Shown: positions 8,733 through 18,986 of the stretch, in pieces | Position numbering within the stretch: the stretch's first letter is position 1 | Layout of the letters: each line of letters starts with the position of its first letter | IMG/VR virus record: IMGVR_UViG_3300021093_000004 | Source of the DNA: a virus | Taxonomy: Duplodnaviria > Caudoviricetes | DNA: 64,000 bases | Direction: 5' to 3' (one strand) | Position numbers and translations under genes: made by a program | Notes under the pieces: generated by a model | The model's input: the letters and a program-made list of their open reading frames with translations, nothing else | Databases searched by the model: none | Told to the model about the DNA's origin: nothing

Positions 8733-9212
8733 ATGAAATTGAGAACAATATCAGAAAACAGCAACCGATCGGACCATGATATTGCCGGTTTTGAATTGGC
8801 TTTTGTTGGACCTAAAAGTCCAAAGTCATCTAGGAAACTTGGCGCATATTTGCTACCGCATAATCTGGCAACCATCAACTGGGAATTAATTGATAATTTA
8901 GAATACTTTGAACGTTGCGTTGTTTACGACTTAACGCACGATCAAATAGCAATACCAGAAATACAATTATTAAAGAATGAATTTGTGAAACAAAGGGTTG
9001 ATTCAGCGGAATTAATTATAGAATATAAAATCGATTTTATAGATGAAATACAGAATCCTCATTGGAAAGGCTCTGTTGTCCCTGGCGTAAAGCATTCTGT
9101 TTCTAGTAGACAATCTAATTATTATAATTCATATTTACTTATAAACGGAAAAAAATTAAGGATTCCTAGCGAATATGGTTATGCTATTTTCTTAAAACAC
9201 TTAGATAATTAA
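8733..9212 (+). CDS. AT-rich hypothetical protein
   Basis: 159-aa ORF preceded by AAATA-N4-ATG. Confidence 0.7.
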   Translation: MKLRTISENSNRSDHDIAGFELAFVGPKSPKSSRKLGAYLLPHNLATINWELIDNLEYFERCVVYDLTHDQIAIPEIQLLKNEFVKQRVDSAELIIEYKIDFIDEIQNPHWKGSVVPGVKHSVSSRQSNYYNSYLLINGKKLRIPSEYGYAIFLKHLDN

Positions 9213-9491
9213 TCATTGTTGACGATATACATCATCTATCAGTTCTGTACATGCGGCTTTTGGTTTAGGGGGAACGTTCTCTGCGATTTTTACTATTTCG
9301 CAAAGCACGCCCTTTTTATCTGTCCAAGTTCCGATAATAGCAATTAGCCCATCTCCGACCTCAACTGTAATTGAAAGTGATTCCGCTTTCTAAGCTACTT
9401 CGTCATCAACTTCCAAATACAGATGTCGAGTGATCAGATTCTTTCTAAGTTTACGTGAGATTTCTTGTTGGGTTACTGTGATGTATGGCAT
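9213..9491 (-). CDS. 92-codon ORF interrupted by one in-frame TAG (codon 34); readthrough candidate or recent nonsense allele
   Basis: ATG 9491 directly follows the upstream TAA; MPYITVTQQEISRKLRKNLITRHLYLEVDDEVA*KAESLSITVEVGDG...RQQ; TAG at 9390-9392; fills the gap exactly. Confidence 0.65.
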
Positions 9492-9953
9492 TTAAGACTC
9501 CATTCTTTGATATTCACGCATTATGTCGGCCTGAACTTCAAGATCACGTTCGCAGCGACGTATACGTTCGACTGGCCCGGCTGTTGAATCGTTGACGAAT
9601 TTATCGTGATGGATGAGTTTCGTGAATAATTCGATGGCCAAATACAATTTATCAATCGATCGTGGGTCGAATATATCAAAATGCTTAGTAGTGAATGATC
9701 CACGAGTATATTGAACTCTCCATCGCCAACCCAATGGTGCCAAGACCGTTGAGCATTCAATTCGCCCGTTCACAACGCACAGGACAATGGTATACTCTGT
9801 GGATATTCTGATATTACATTCTGATCTTAAATTAGGATTATATGCTTCTTGCTTTGTCACCGGGCTGAGGCGTACATTGTAGCCTTTTTCACGAAGATCC
9901 TGAGCGATACTGCTCAATATTAGATAATTTCCATTTTCCTGTTCTTGTACCAT
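9492..9953 (-). CDS. hypothetical protein
   Basis: ORF in a co-directional run; probable start ATG 9953. Confidence 0.6.
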   Translation of the reverse strand: MVQEQENGNYLILSSIAQDLREKGYNVRLSPVTKQEAYNPNLRSECNIRISTEYTIVLCVVNGRIECSTVLAPLGWRWRVQYTRGSFTTKHFDIFDPRSIDKLYLAIELFTKLIHHDKFVNDSTAGPVERIRRCERDLEVQADIMREYQRMES

Positions 9954-10240
9954 TCTTCGATGACTCGTTTCAACTCTTCGGGAGACACCAATTGCTTGTC
10001 TCCACACAATTGGCATGTTGGCTTTAAATTGCCAGTTAATAGACCTAAACGATACGATTTCGCTTCTGCGTTGTTTAATACTTCGTCGAGAGACTTGTCA
10101 TTTATTGATCCGACTGGTGTGGGGTAGCAGCAGAGATGAACTTCACCACTGGCTCGAATAAAGGCTTTGGCCCATGGGTCGATACACAACCGGGTTTGGC
10201 CTTCTTGCGGTTTTTGTGAATAGATGCGTAGTGCAGTCAT
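9920..10240 (-). CDS. stand-alone SPASM/Twitch Fe-S domain protein
   Basis: CIDPW..AFIRASGEVHLCC...VGSINDKSLDEV...CQLC. Confidence 0.8.
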   Translation of the reverse strand: MTALRIYSQKPQEGQTRLCIDPWAKAFIRASGEVHLCCYPTPVGSINDKSLDEVLNNAEAKSYRLGLLTGNLKPTCQLCGDKQLVSPEELKRVIEEWYKNRKMEII

Positions 10241-11031
10241 GATACGTGTACCGGAATGGCCCAGTGAGCTTGCCCTGTTTGAATCTTATGATTCAAACTA
10301 TCTAGAATTCCTTGTTTAATATCGCAAACAATTCCATTTTGAAGACAGTGTGCTTCAATTTCAGTGAATATTTCTAACGCCCGTTTGCAATCATCGACGG
10401 GCATTTCAGCCACATGTTGAACTTCCAATGCTCCCTTCGGTGTCGGTCCGACCCCAAGGTTACAAAAGGTCATCGCATGGATACCAAGTCCAATTCCACA
10501 ATGGACCAAATCAAGTAGGCCCATCATGCTTTTGTCACAAACCACAATGCTCCATGAGATCTTTGGATCTCTGCCCATCACTCTCGCCCGCGTCGCCACA
10601 CGAATGAGATTGTATAGCACGTTTCGAATATCCCCTCCACGGCGTAGCTTACTGAATAGTTCGACATCGATGGTATCCAAACTGACAGTCACGCCTGTCA
10701 TGCGGCTAAGAAAGTCAATCTCGCGATCATCGTATGTCTTTGAGAGGTTTGTGCAGATTGAGACTCCGATACCAGCGTCGAATAGTTTATCAGCATAATC
10801 ACACCAACCGTCGATCATGGTGGTTTCACCGTGACCATGAATATGGACTACGAACGGTTCTAGTGCTTTGATCTCATCGATAAGTCGATGGGCCAATCCG
10901 GAATTCAGTGTAAGAAACTGCCATGACGGTTGGCTAACAAGACAGTATGAACATCTCATGTTACAATCGGTCGTTATCTCGATCATAACGTGATATAAGT
11001 TCTTAACTTCCAGCATTTCGTCTATGTTCAT
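10237..11031 (-). CDS. radical SAM protein
   Basis: CNMRCSYC (CxxxCxxC), GHGET, TNLS, VSLD. Confidence 0.9.
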   Translation of the reverse strand: MNIDEMLEVKNLYHVMIEITTDCNMRCSYCLVSQPSWQFLTLNSGLAHRLIDEIKALEPFVVHIHGHGETTMIDGWCDYADKLFDAGIGVSICTNLSKTYDDREIDFLSRMTGVTVSLDTIDVELFSKLRRGGDIRNVLYNLIRVATRARVMGRDPKISWSIVVCDKSMMGLLDLVHCGIGLGIHAMTFCNLGVGPTPKGALEVQHVAEMPVDDCKRALEIFTEIEAHCLQNGIVCDIKQGILDSLNHKIQTGQAHWAIPVHVS

Positions 11032-12095
11032 GATCGTGAAACCATTGTCCCAGGAAAGATCTGGTTTTTGGCAATATAGGCTCTAACTGTTTCGATTTGA
11101 TTCATTTGCTGCGGGGGCAGGACCGATGAATCAAAGGCACCGCAAGCCGTGATAACGAAATCAAGCTCGTCGATACCTAATTCCTTGGCTATTCGTTGAG
11201 CTTCATTCAGTTGTTCAATCGATTCTGTTGTGTTGAACAGAATATATTTCCAGCGGATCGTGCATTTCGCTCCGAGTTGTCGTTTGCGGCTTGCGGCGAC
11301 GCCCATAAACGCGACCGCTTTGTCCCAATTGCCTTTGCGTCGGTATGTTGCATACGCTTCTTTTGATGAGCCGTCGATAGAGCAATTTAATCTGTCGAAT
11401 AACAAGTATGCGTCATTGAATTCTTGATTGGCATTGGTATCCATTGATTGGGCTATAAAATGCTCATGTGCGTACCGGATCATATCCGGCAGCGATTTGT
11501 TTAGAGTTGGCTCACCTTTGCCACAATATTGGATTCGCTTAATTTCGACACTGTGCTTCTTCGCACAATCGAGCATATGTCTAAACCATTCGACAGGAAA
11601 CAAATATGGCGGTTTTTCAGTCGTGAGGGAAGATTTATGGATTCCGTGGACACAACCGGGGCATCGAAGGCTGCATGGAAACGATGGCTCTAACTGGATT
11701 TCGCTGATTTTGTCTATGCTGCCCAAAGCCCAATCGCGTGACACGCTGGTCTTCTTCAGTGATTTGTAGGCCGCACTCGATTGATGTTGAACATTATTGG
11801 CTGGTTCTGAATCTTTATATCGTTGAAAACGCCGTTCCCCGGCAGTAAGCAGGCAACAACAACCGGCACATTCAGGGATATAATATTGACTTGATTCTAG
11901 AACATCAAGCCGCATTTTCCTCATTTCTTCCGAATTAACAATGTCTGTGATAAAATCGGAATTGATGAAATCTTGTTGGACTACAGTATGTGTCTCACCT
12001 CCGTCACACCAGCATGGGACGCGACCATTTGCTTTGACATAAACTCGATTCCACGCCCAACAATGGAGTCGATGTTCAAGGATTGGTAATAGCAT
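11028..12095 (-). CDS. radical SAM protein with N-terminal SPASM-like domain
   Basis: N-terminal CWAWNRVYVKANGRVPCWC...CAGCCC; core CSLRCPGC, GKGEPTL, TNAN, SIDG; start ATG 12095 after GAGG. Confidence 0.85.
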   Translation of the reverse strand: MLLPILEHRLHCWAWNRVYVKANGRVPCWCDGGETHTVVQQDFINSDFITDIVNSEEMRKMRLDVLESSQYYIPECAGCCCLLTAGERRFQRYKDSEPANNVQHQSSAAYKSLKKTSVSRDWALGSIDKISEIQLEPSFPCSLRCPGCVHGIHKSSLTTEKPPYLFPVEWFRHMLDCAKKHSVEIKRIQYCGKGEPTLNKSLPDMIRYAHEHFIAQSMDTNANQEFNDAYLLFDRLNCSIDGSSKEAYATYRRKGNWDKAVAFMGVAASRKRQLGAKCTIRWKYILFNTTESIEQLNEAQRIAKELGIDELDFVITACGAFDSSVLPPQQMNQIETVRAYIAKNQIFPGTMVSRS

Positions 12096-13053
12096 AGCAC
12101 CTCTGTAGTTCGTCCCATATCGTACTACAGAAACGATCCCATGTGTAATGAGTTTCGATCTTTTTTCTAGCCACAATCGAGCGTGCTCGCAAGACATCAG
12201 ACGGCACGTGCAGCAAGTCAGTGATAATTTTGACAGTTTCATCTACGCTGTTGAGCGTCAATGAAGTGAACATGGAATCGTTATAATATCCAGATTGTGG
12301 AGTGCATGCTGGGATGAGACCCCAAGCAGTTGACTCTAACAACGTTGTGGGGTTAGCATCTGAGATACTGGTATTGATAAAAATATCGCATTCATTCACG
12401 ATCGTCTGTGCCAAGGTTCGGTCTAATACGACCCACCCAACTGTTTTTACATTAGGCAGCCTGGCTAGCGGTGATTCGCCATCGCCCCCATACCAGTGTA
12501 GTTGCACTGTCGGTAATCGCTTCATTACTTCATACATGAACCCAAGATTCTTCTGTGGCATATTGCTGCCGATATAGACCAATCTCCGATGTCCCACTTC
12601 GTTGAAATGCGTCTTAAGATATGGATAAATATTAGTATCAACAGCCATATCGACCCGCGTGATCTTCGGCTTCCAATGGACGAACGGTGTTCGTTCGATG
12701 GTGTCGTACCAGTATGGGCCGCAAATTGAAAACACTTTATCAGCCGCTTGCGTTAGATGATCAAACGGCATATTATCTTGGACGCGGACTGTATGCAGTG
12801 GATGAATTGTGCATCTTAAACGGCATTTCTTGCCCGAAGCGAAGAATCGCTGCACTGTGGTGCTTGGATCGTAATGGGGGTGTCCAATGAAAATGTCGTC
12901 TGGTTCCACATCGACATCGACATGGCTGTCCCATGTGTAGTATTGCACGTCTGCTCGTGCTTTCATGTAATAATATAGATGATGTGTAATTGAATATGGA
13001 GATTGAATTCGTGGATCATCTGGCGATCCGGCATAAACAAAATGAACTCTCAT
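12076..13053 (-). CDS. GT-B glycosyltransferase (GT4-like)
   Basis: YIGSNMPQKN, CDIFINTSISDANPTTLLESTAWGL (donor-binding region). Confidence 0.8.
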   Translation of the reverse strand: MRVHFVYAGSPDDPRIQSPYSITHHLYYYMKARADVQYYTWDSHVDVDVEPDDIFIGHPHYDPSTTVQRFFASGKKCRLRCTIHPLHTVRVQDNMPFDHLTQAADKVFSICGPYWYDTIERTPFVHWKPKITRVDMAVDTNIYPYLKTHFNEVGHRRLVYIGSNMPQKNLGFMYEVMKRLPTVQLHWYGGDGESPLARLPNVKTVGWVVLDRTLAQTIVNECDIFINTSISDANPTTLLESTAWGLIPACTPQSGYYNDSMFTSLTLNSVDETVKIITDLLHVPSDVLRARSIVARKKIETHYTWDRFCSTIWDELQRCYAITNP

Positions 13054-13135
13054 GGTTGCTTCTCGATTGGGCAGTGTTCTGGGTACGGCCTTATTGCGTG
13101 TCTGATGAATCGTTAGCCACGCATCACAGATACGA

Positions 13136-13171
13136 TATTGAATCCGAATTTTCTCAAAATCGGATTCAATA
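13136..13171. promoter_or_regulatory. near-perfect 36-bp palindrome (16-bp stem, one bulge) in an intergenic gap of the glycan cluster
   Basis: tattgaatccga-a-tttt-ctc-aaaa-tcggattcaata. Confidence 0.5.
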
Positions 13172-13197
13172 AGATTTTAGGATGGTACGATGATTTT

Positions 13198-14217
13198 TCA
13201 TGCCTGATGCTCCTTCAGCATGTTGATATATGCATCTATGTTGTCATCATGCCAAAAGATCTTTCCTGTTGCCCTGATTGGAGCACTTGTCACTGCTGGG
13301 CTGTTGGTGACTTCGAACCATCTGATGTCTTTTTTGCACCAATTAGTGTTACAAGCATTGGATAGACCGCTCGAAACACTGAAGAATGCCTGACAATGAT
13401 TGAACAATTCGGCGCATTCTCTGAGTGTCAGATTACCGACAAAAAAGACATTATCAGGAGCTAGTCGCTTTAGTTCTTGCACGTCGTAATTGTCATTCTT
13501 ACGACTAATGAACAAGTTAGTAGCTCCGTCGAGCAGATGCTTAGCAACCCGCATTGTCCATTCTGGCGTCCAAAAGCTTTGCCCAGACTCTCCGTGCACT
13601 TCCATTAGGATATTTCGGCAATTGGCCATGTTTGGAATGCGACTTCTAAAATCTCTCACCTTCGCGATTTCTTCTTGGGTTAACTTCAATATTGATTCGA
13701 TTGGCCATTCATATGGGATGTTGGCGTGTTCTAGTGCCCGCATCCACGCACAGATTAGATTATCGCCTAATTCTGGGTGCTTCAGGCTGTTCCAATTTCC
13801 GTGGTTAAACATCGGATGTGGCGAAAATGTTTGATCATATCCTCTTCCGACTAGATGGTCTGGAATCACCAATGCGAGGTGCAGAGCCGTGTCTTTGGTG
13901 TCGGCTGGATATTGAATCACATTTGTAATATGTGGGTTGTTATGAAATGCCGAACCATATAATGTAGATGTGTGAACATCAATAATACAATCTGGATATG
14001 CCTGTTTGATAGGTCGAAGCATCAATGTACTATTGATATTGTCTCCCCACGACCCGGTTTGAATAATCGCGATCTTTGATCGTTTTTCCGATGCGGAATA
14101 TATCGGAACCACCTGTGAAACGGTTGACTTAGGAAGAATTACTTTTTTCTTGCCAATCGATTTCTGAATGATCGGTTGTCGTTTGTTTGATACCGTTGGA
14201 TTAGTCTGGTGTCGCAA
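13198..14217 (-). CDS. GT9-like (heptosyltransferase-type) glycosyltransferase
   Basis: GSWGDNINSTLMLRPIKQAYPDCIIDV..NNPHI..V; LTLRECAELFNHCQAFFSVSSG. Confidence 0.75.
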   Translation of the reverse strand: MRHQTNPTVSNKRQPIIQKSIGKKKVILPKSTVSQVVPIYSASEKRSKIAIIQTGSWGDNINSTLMLRPIKQAYPDCIIDVHTSTLYGSAFHNNPHITNVIQYPADTKDTALHLALVIPDHLVGRGYDQTFSPHPMFNHGNWNSLKHPELGDNLICAWMRALEHANIPYEWPIESILKLTQEEIAKVRDFRSRIPNMANCRNILMEVHGESGQSFWTPEWTMRVAKHLLDGATNLFISRKNDNYDVQELKRLAPDNVFFVGNLTLRECAELFNHCQAFFSVSSGLSNACNTNWCKKDIRWFEVTNSPAVTSAPIRATGKIFWHDDNIDAYINMLKEHQA

Positions 14218-14932
14218 GGTCGATATCTCTCAATAGTTGTCCGGTTGATGGATCGTGTCTACGTTCTAATGATTCGGCAGAAAGGTAATATAATGCCAAA
14301 TCATCAGAAATAAGCCCAAATTGTTCTCCGCCAGCATGAAATTTTTCCCACAATCTGGCATCGCCAATCACACGATAATTACCAAAGTACCCATATTTTT
14401 TATGCAATTCTCGCCTCCATATCGGGCACGGTCCGGCAGTCGATAGTGGATATGGATGGGCCGGGATTTTGTCGTGCGGTGTCCAATCAGGCCAAAGCTG
14501 ATTCGGAGTGTGTGTCATGAGGATTCCGGTTGACACAATTCCTACATCGGGATGCTGGTCGAGATAGTCACAGCATCTTTCAAGATATGTCGGATGCCAT
14601 TGATCGTCGGCGTTATAATTGGTAATATATCGCGATTTTGTCCGCTTGATACCAACGTTCCAACTTGGATATAGTAAGATAGGCTCGTCGAATACTATGT
14701 TGATGACGTTTGAGCGTTCAGCCGCAAATGCGTCGCACAACGCAGATTCATTCTCATGATTTTGGCAATTCAGGAAAACCACTAATGAATCGTCGATTAT
14801 CGTTTGCAGTTTAAGCGATTCAATCTTGGATTTTATGAATTTCCCAGATTTGTAGAGAGCGACTAATACTACGACTCTAGGCTCTTTTTCAATTCTTGAT
14901 GATTGTGAACCCATACGATATCCTTGTGCCAT
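14201..14932 (-). CDS. GT2 family glycosyltransferase
   Basis: VLVALYK, WNVGIK..KSRYITNYNADD, PCPIWRRELHKKYGYF. Confidence 0.8.
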   Translation of the reverse strand: MAQGYRMGSQSSRIEKEPRVVVLVALYKSGKFIKSKIESLKLQTIIDDSLVVFLNCQNHENESALCDAFAAERSNVINIVFDEPILLYPSWNVGIKRTKSRYITNYNADDQWHPTYLERCCDYLDQHPDVGIVSTGILMTHTPNQLWPDWTPHDKIPAHPYPLSTAGPCPIWRRELHKKYGYFGNYRVIGDARLWEKFHAGGEQFGLISDDLALYYLSAESLERRHDPSTGQLLRDIDLATPD

Positions 14933-15678
14933 TGCACTTGAGCCAGTCTATATTCATATTTGTAAAGATCATCCACCCACAAACATATGACCTTCTTTGC
15001 CTGATATTCGTTTGGCAGTGCGAGGTTTGCACAGAAGAATCCAGACCCGACTGAGAAGAATATACTACAGTGGCGTAATAGCATTATTATTTGTCTGCGG
15101 GTATACCTTAAAAGATCATCTACATTCGGATGATTTGGGGCACCCTGGTTGCTAAGCCACAGAATTTTATGGGTGCAGGCGAATCTATCAACAATCATTT
15201 GAATTGCTTCTTGGTCAGCCCAACTCTGAGCAGATTTTGCTACGCATTCTACGGCGATGGTTGGATGTCCATTCAATAATTGCCCATAATCATGCCCAAA
15301 TCGCAATTCGTCTTGTGTTGGCAAGAACATTGGCCTCTGTTCGAAATCCGGTAGCCCTAGTTCTCGTCCAACACATAGTGCTGTGTCGATCAGTGAATGG
15401 TTTTGATCATGTTGCTGGTAGGCAGGAAATTTTGCATTTTGAGTGATCTGATAAATATGCCGATATTTCAGTCTTTCCAGTGCTTCCAGCCCGTGATACA
15501 TGCTCGGAATGTGGATAATTTCGCCGATCCACGGAACGTTAATAAATGCGTCTGCACAGTGCGGTGTTACAGCAACAGTGACTTCGCGTCCATGCTTTTC
15601 ACTTATTGACTTGATGAGTGGAACATTGAATAGGCAATCACCGAAGCCATGAGATGATTCAACACCAACAACATTCAT
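14869..15678 (-). CDS. GT9-like glycosyltransferase
   Basis: HGFGDCLFNVPLIKSI...NVPWIGEII; LLRHCSIFFSVGSG. Confidence 0.75.
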   Translation of the reverse strand: MNVVGVESSHGFGDCLFNVPLIKSISEKHGREVTVAVTPHCADAFINVPWIGEIIHIPSMYHGLEALERLKYRHIYQITQNAKFPAYQQHDQNHSLIDTALCVGRELGLPDFEQRPMFLPTQDELRFGHDYGQLLNGHPTIAVECVAKSAQSWADQEAIQMIVDRFACTHKILWLSNQGAPNHPNVDDLLRYTRRQIIMLLRHCSIFFSVGSGFFCANLALPNEYQAKKVICLWVDDLYKYEYRLAQVQWHKDIVWVHNHQELKKSLES

Positions 15679-15697
15679 ACGTGCTCCTCTTTTGATT

Positions 15698-16378
15698 TTA
15701 GTTAGCATGTGCTTCTCTGCGTAGGAATGTTTTGAGATGTGTTATACTGTGAAATCCGAACGATGTTTCTAATTTATCATGATCGTCCCACGCGGTTTCA
15801 ATTGCAAATCGCTTTCCGATATCAAGCTTGGGAAATTTAAACCCTTTGCTAAGAAAATATTGGCGATATATTAAAGAAATGGTTACATCTTCGTTTATTT
15901 TCTTGTCGATTTGCAGATCGGAACATTCCTGTAATAATTTAAAACTTCTCAGAGAGAATCCGCCATTACCAACGATCCCATTCTCTCTACATGGATAACC
16001 TCTTAACCATCCATCAAGAGGCCAAGGAGCACCAATATAATCATAGTCCAAAAATTCATTACTCCATAGGTGTGGGTTGGCTATACATCCGTCCCACTGA
16101 AACAGCAAGCAAAATTTCGAGTCGATATGCTTATGTAACTCTTTGATACAGAAATTATTATAATCTTGGAGTGAGCCAATTGGATCTATACTAATGAATT
16201 GTACTAGGTCGTGCCGAATATGATTTTGCGGCGGGGTCAATATTACGATTTTATGAAACTTGAAATAGCGTGCCGCAAATTCAGCGTGACGGATGAGCAT
16301 TTTAATTGCAAATTCACTGATCCGACCATCAATACCACAATAAGTTATGTCTGGCAAATAGGTTGTGTGGTTTAGCAT
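15698..16378 (-). CDS. DUF5672-like putative glycosyltransferase
   Basis: LLFQWDG...WSNEFLDYDYIGAPW...VGNGGFSLRS.KLL...NED...FGFH. Confidence 0.75.
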   Translation of the reverse strand: MLNHTTYLPDITYCGIDGRISEFAIKMLIRHAEFAARYFKFHKIVILTPPQNHIRHDLVQFISIDPIGSLQDYNNFCIKELHKHIDSKFCLLFQWDGCIANPHLWSNEFLDYDYIGAPWPLDGWLRGYPCRENGIVGNGGFSLRSFKLLQECSDLQIDKKINEDVTISLIYRQYFLSKGFKFPKLDIGKRFAIETAWDDHDKLETSFGFHSITHLKTFLRREAHAN

Positions 16379-17079
16379 CCACGATATTCTTGTACTTTAG
16401 TATGGAATTTTTGCCATTCCTCTGATGTAATTTCGCGTTGCCATAGATTCTGACCATTTCTCCAAAGATAGCACGCAAGGAGTTCGTTTATCCAGAGAAA
16501 TCTCGAATTGGCCTGGTAATAAGACCGCATCCACCATTCCGCATCGCCTGCGGCTTTAAACGATTCATCAAATAATCCGATTTTATCGTGAACCGACCGC
16601 CTCCAGAGTGGGAAATGCCCGACCCCGGCTCTGTCGATGTCTCCAGTGAAATTCCCAGGTAGACCACCAACAGCATCAACATTGGTTAATTGGTGCCAAT
16701 TTTGGTTTGGGACATCTGTCGTGTACCAGCTTGGATAGGCGAAATCATAGGCCGAATCACTATCCAATTCTGCCATTAGTCTCGCATAACAAGTCGGTGC
16801 TACTAGGTCATCGGTGTTAGCGTTTGTAATATATTGGCCTGATGATTGTTGAATTATATAATTCCACGCTGCATAGACACTAATTCTTTCCTCTAATTTC
16901 ACATACTTCACTGGATATTGTTGCGGAATATCGTGATCACGCGGGTCTGGGCTGTTTGCATTGACACACCAAATCTCGCTTTGAGGCAAGACGGTGATTT
17001 GCATAAGATTGTCGAGGCGATTCTTTATCCATTCGCCGGAATTATACAGCGACACCATTATGACGAGTTTGGGGTGCAT
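16372..17079 (-). CDS. GT2 family glycosyltransferase
   Basis: IMVSLYNS, AWNYII..SSGQYITNANTDD, PLWRRSVHDKIGLFDESFKAAGDAEW. Confidence 0.85.
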   Translation of the reverse strand: MHPKLVIMVSLYNSGEWIKNRLDNLMQITVLPQSEIWCVNANSPDPRDHDIPQQYPVKYVKLEERISVYAAWNYIIQQSSGQYITNANTDDLVAPTCYARLMAELDSDSAYDFAYPSWYTTDVPNQNWHQLTNVDAVGGLPGNFTGDIDRAGVGHFPLWRRSVHDKIGLFDESFKAAGDAEWWMRSYYQANSRFLWINELLACYLWRNGQNLWQREITSEEWQKFHTKVQEYRGC

Positions 17080-17080
17080 G

Positions 17081-17464
17081 CTATCGGTATTCCGTGTACG
17101 ACTTCTCCTCGACGATATTCGAGTGAAGTAGGTCGTTGATTTGTCTTTTGATCTTCGATCTCTCATCGTTGTTCAGATATACTCCACGTGCGAATTGCAC
17201 GAACTCATCTGAAAAATCTTTTCGCCTTTCACAATCCCTGATGCCATCTTCAATATCCCAGATGGTCTCGTTTATAATCTTCAATTGTGCCCGCAATTGA
17301 ATCAACTCATCTGACATCAGCAATGTAGCATATTTGGCCGATAGCAATTCTAATTCCGTCTGAACATTTTTCAGTTTCGCGGGGTCAGATATACGCTCTG
17401 CCTTTATTGCCAGGATAGTCAATTTATCGACGAGTTCGCCATACGAGACTGGAGCGTCAATCAT
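17081..17464 (-). CDS. DUF6165-like conserved protein
   Basis: [17 protein letters not shown]...WDIED.IR..E...F...AR.VY..ND.R..IK..IN...S.IVEEKSY. Confidence 0.75.
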   Translation of the reverse strand: MIDAPVSYGELVDKLTILAIKAERISDPAKLKNVQTELELLSAKYATLLMSDELIQLRAQLKIINETIWDIEDGIRDCERRKDFSDEFVQFARGVYLNNDERSKIKRQINDLLHSNIVEEKSYTEYR

Positions 17465-18384
17465 TTGTCATACCAATCTATAGTTTTTAGGAGGCCGCTT
17501 TCAAGTGATGTTTTGGCTTTAAAACCAAATAATGCTTCTGCACGAGTGGTGTCTAGGCACCGGCGTGGCTGTCCGTCTGGGTAATTCGAATCCCAAATAA
17601 TCTTGCCATTGAATTTTGTGCGTTTGGCGATCATTTCGACGAGGGCTTTAATTGAGATTTCTGATTGTGTTCCCAGATTCACTGGTTCGTTGCCGTCATA
17701 CAATTCAGTGGCAGCAACAATGCCTTCAGCGGCATCTTCGACATAGAGAAATTCACGAGTCGCAGAACCGGTCCCCCAACAAGTGATCGATGGTGCCTTG
17801 GCGTCACGGGCTTCGATGCATTTTTTGATTAATGCTGGGATCACATGAGACGAATTGGGGTTGAAATTGTCTTTCGGTCCGTACAGGTTGACGGGTAGCA
17901 GATAAATGCTGTTGAATCCGAATTCTTGTCGGTATGCTTGCGATTGGACTAACATCATTTTCTTAGCTAACCCGTATGGTGCGTTTGTTTCCTCTGGATA
18001 TCCGTTCCAAAGATCCTCTTCCTTGAAGGGAACCGGTGTGTGCTTGGGATATGCGCAAATAGTACCGATTGCGACGAATTTCTCAATTGCTCGCCGTTTA
18101 GCGTGCTCCATCAGTAGAGCACCCATCATCAGATTCTTATAATAGAATGTGCCTGGCTTTTCTCGATTGATTCCGATGCCGCCCACAACGGCGGCTAGGT
18201 GGATCACGATTTCTGGTTTGAAGTCATCGTACATTCTTTCAACGTCGGCTTCTTGAGTCAGGTCGTAATTCGAAGACCTGATTACGATTGGGGATACGCC
18301 TTTTAGCTGCAACAAATCGCAAACATGTGATCCGAGGAATCCTGCTCCACCGGTAACTGCTATTCGTTTTCCGGCAAGATTCAT
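17461..18384 (-). CDS. fcl: GDP-L-fucose synthase (extended SDR)
   Basis: [35 protein letters not shown] (YxxxK), NLYGP.DNF...[27 protein letters not shown]. Confidence 0.93.
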   Translation of the reverse strand: MNLAGKRIAVTGGAGFLGSHVCDLLQLKGVSPIVIRSSNYDLTQEADVERMYDDFKPEIVIHLAAVVGGIGINREKPGTFYYKNLMMGALLMEHAKRRAIEKFVAIGTICAYPKHTPVPFKEEDLWNGYPEETNAPYGLAKKMMLVQSQAYRQEFGFNSIYLLPVNLYGPKDNFNPNSSHVIPALIKKCIEARDAKAPSITCWGTGSATREFLYVEDAAEGIVAATELYDGNEPVNLGTQSEISIKALVEMIAKRTKFNGKIIWDSNYPDGQPRRCLDTTRAEALFGFKAKTSLESGLLKTIDWYDK

Positions 18385-18424
18385 GTGCGTCCCTCCGAGA
18401 ATATAATTGTCCGCGATTGTGATT

Positions 18425-18432
18425 ATTTATAT
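18425..18432 (-). promoter_or_regulatory. T4-type late-promoter-like TATAAATA upstream of the glycan cluster
   Basis: Exact TATAAATA on the minus strand about 40 nt before the fcl ATG. Confidence 0.5.
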
Positions 18433-18526
18433 ACGGTTTTTCCTTGCGTTGCTTTTGGCTATTGTTGAACGAGAGGCCCGAAGGCCGATATGACATAAAC
18501 GAGTGCCACGGAAGCGAAAGGAGAGC

Positions 18527-18826
18527 CTACGACAGGCCATCGAGACGGTCTTGAAGATCGTCGCGTTCTCTTTTGGTAGCTTCCAAATCGAATTCGATAT
18601 ATTTCAAATCCACTCCAAGGGTGGTCAATTCGTCTTTGACTTTAGCCCAAAATTTCACTACCTGCTGGTTTTGTTTGTCAATCGCGGCCAGTAAATGATT
18701 GAATTGGTCAGATATAGAGGTACGCATCCCTGGAGGTAATTCGTTGATCATCAGCCAGAGTATATGGATATGATATGCGGGATCGTCTAGATCGTCATGT
18801 TCGCTGTGGCTGCTTTGGCTGTCCAT
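18527..18826 (-). CDS. coiled-coil hypothetical protein
   Basis: ORF; probable start ATG 18826. Confidence 0.6.
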   Translation of the reverse strand: MDSQSSHSEHDDLDDPAYHIHILWLMINELPPGMRTSISDQFNHLLAAIDKQNQQVVKFWAKVKDELTTLGVDLKYIEFDLEATKRERDDLQDRLDGLS

Positions 18827-18986
18827 TTTTGATTGCGTTGAATACCTCTTGACGATGGACCGATACATCTCTCGGTGCTTCGACACCGATACGCACCTTG
18901 TCTCCCCGGATATCAACGATCGTTATCGTGACTGTGCCGTTACCGATAACGATCGATTCATTTTTCATGCGACTTAGTACTAACAT
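18795..18986 (-). CDS. csrA: carbon storage regulator CsrA/RsmA RNA-binding protein
   Basis: MLVLSR..NESIVIG...[28 protein letters not shown]. Confidence 0.95.
   Translation of the reverse strand: MLVLSRMKNESIVIGNGTVTITIVDIRGDKVRIGVEAPRDVSVHRQEVFNAIKNGQPKQPQRT

Noticed and set aside
9920-12095. Radical SAM genes as anaerobic sulfatase maturase for the 4676 sulfatase
   Set aside because: They lack a recognisable anSME 7-Cys C-terminal arrangement and are coupled to glycosyltransferases instead.
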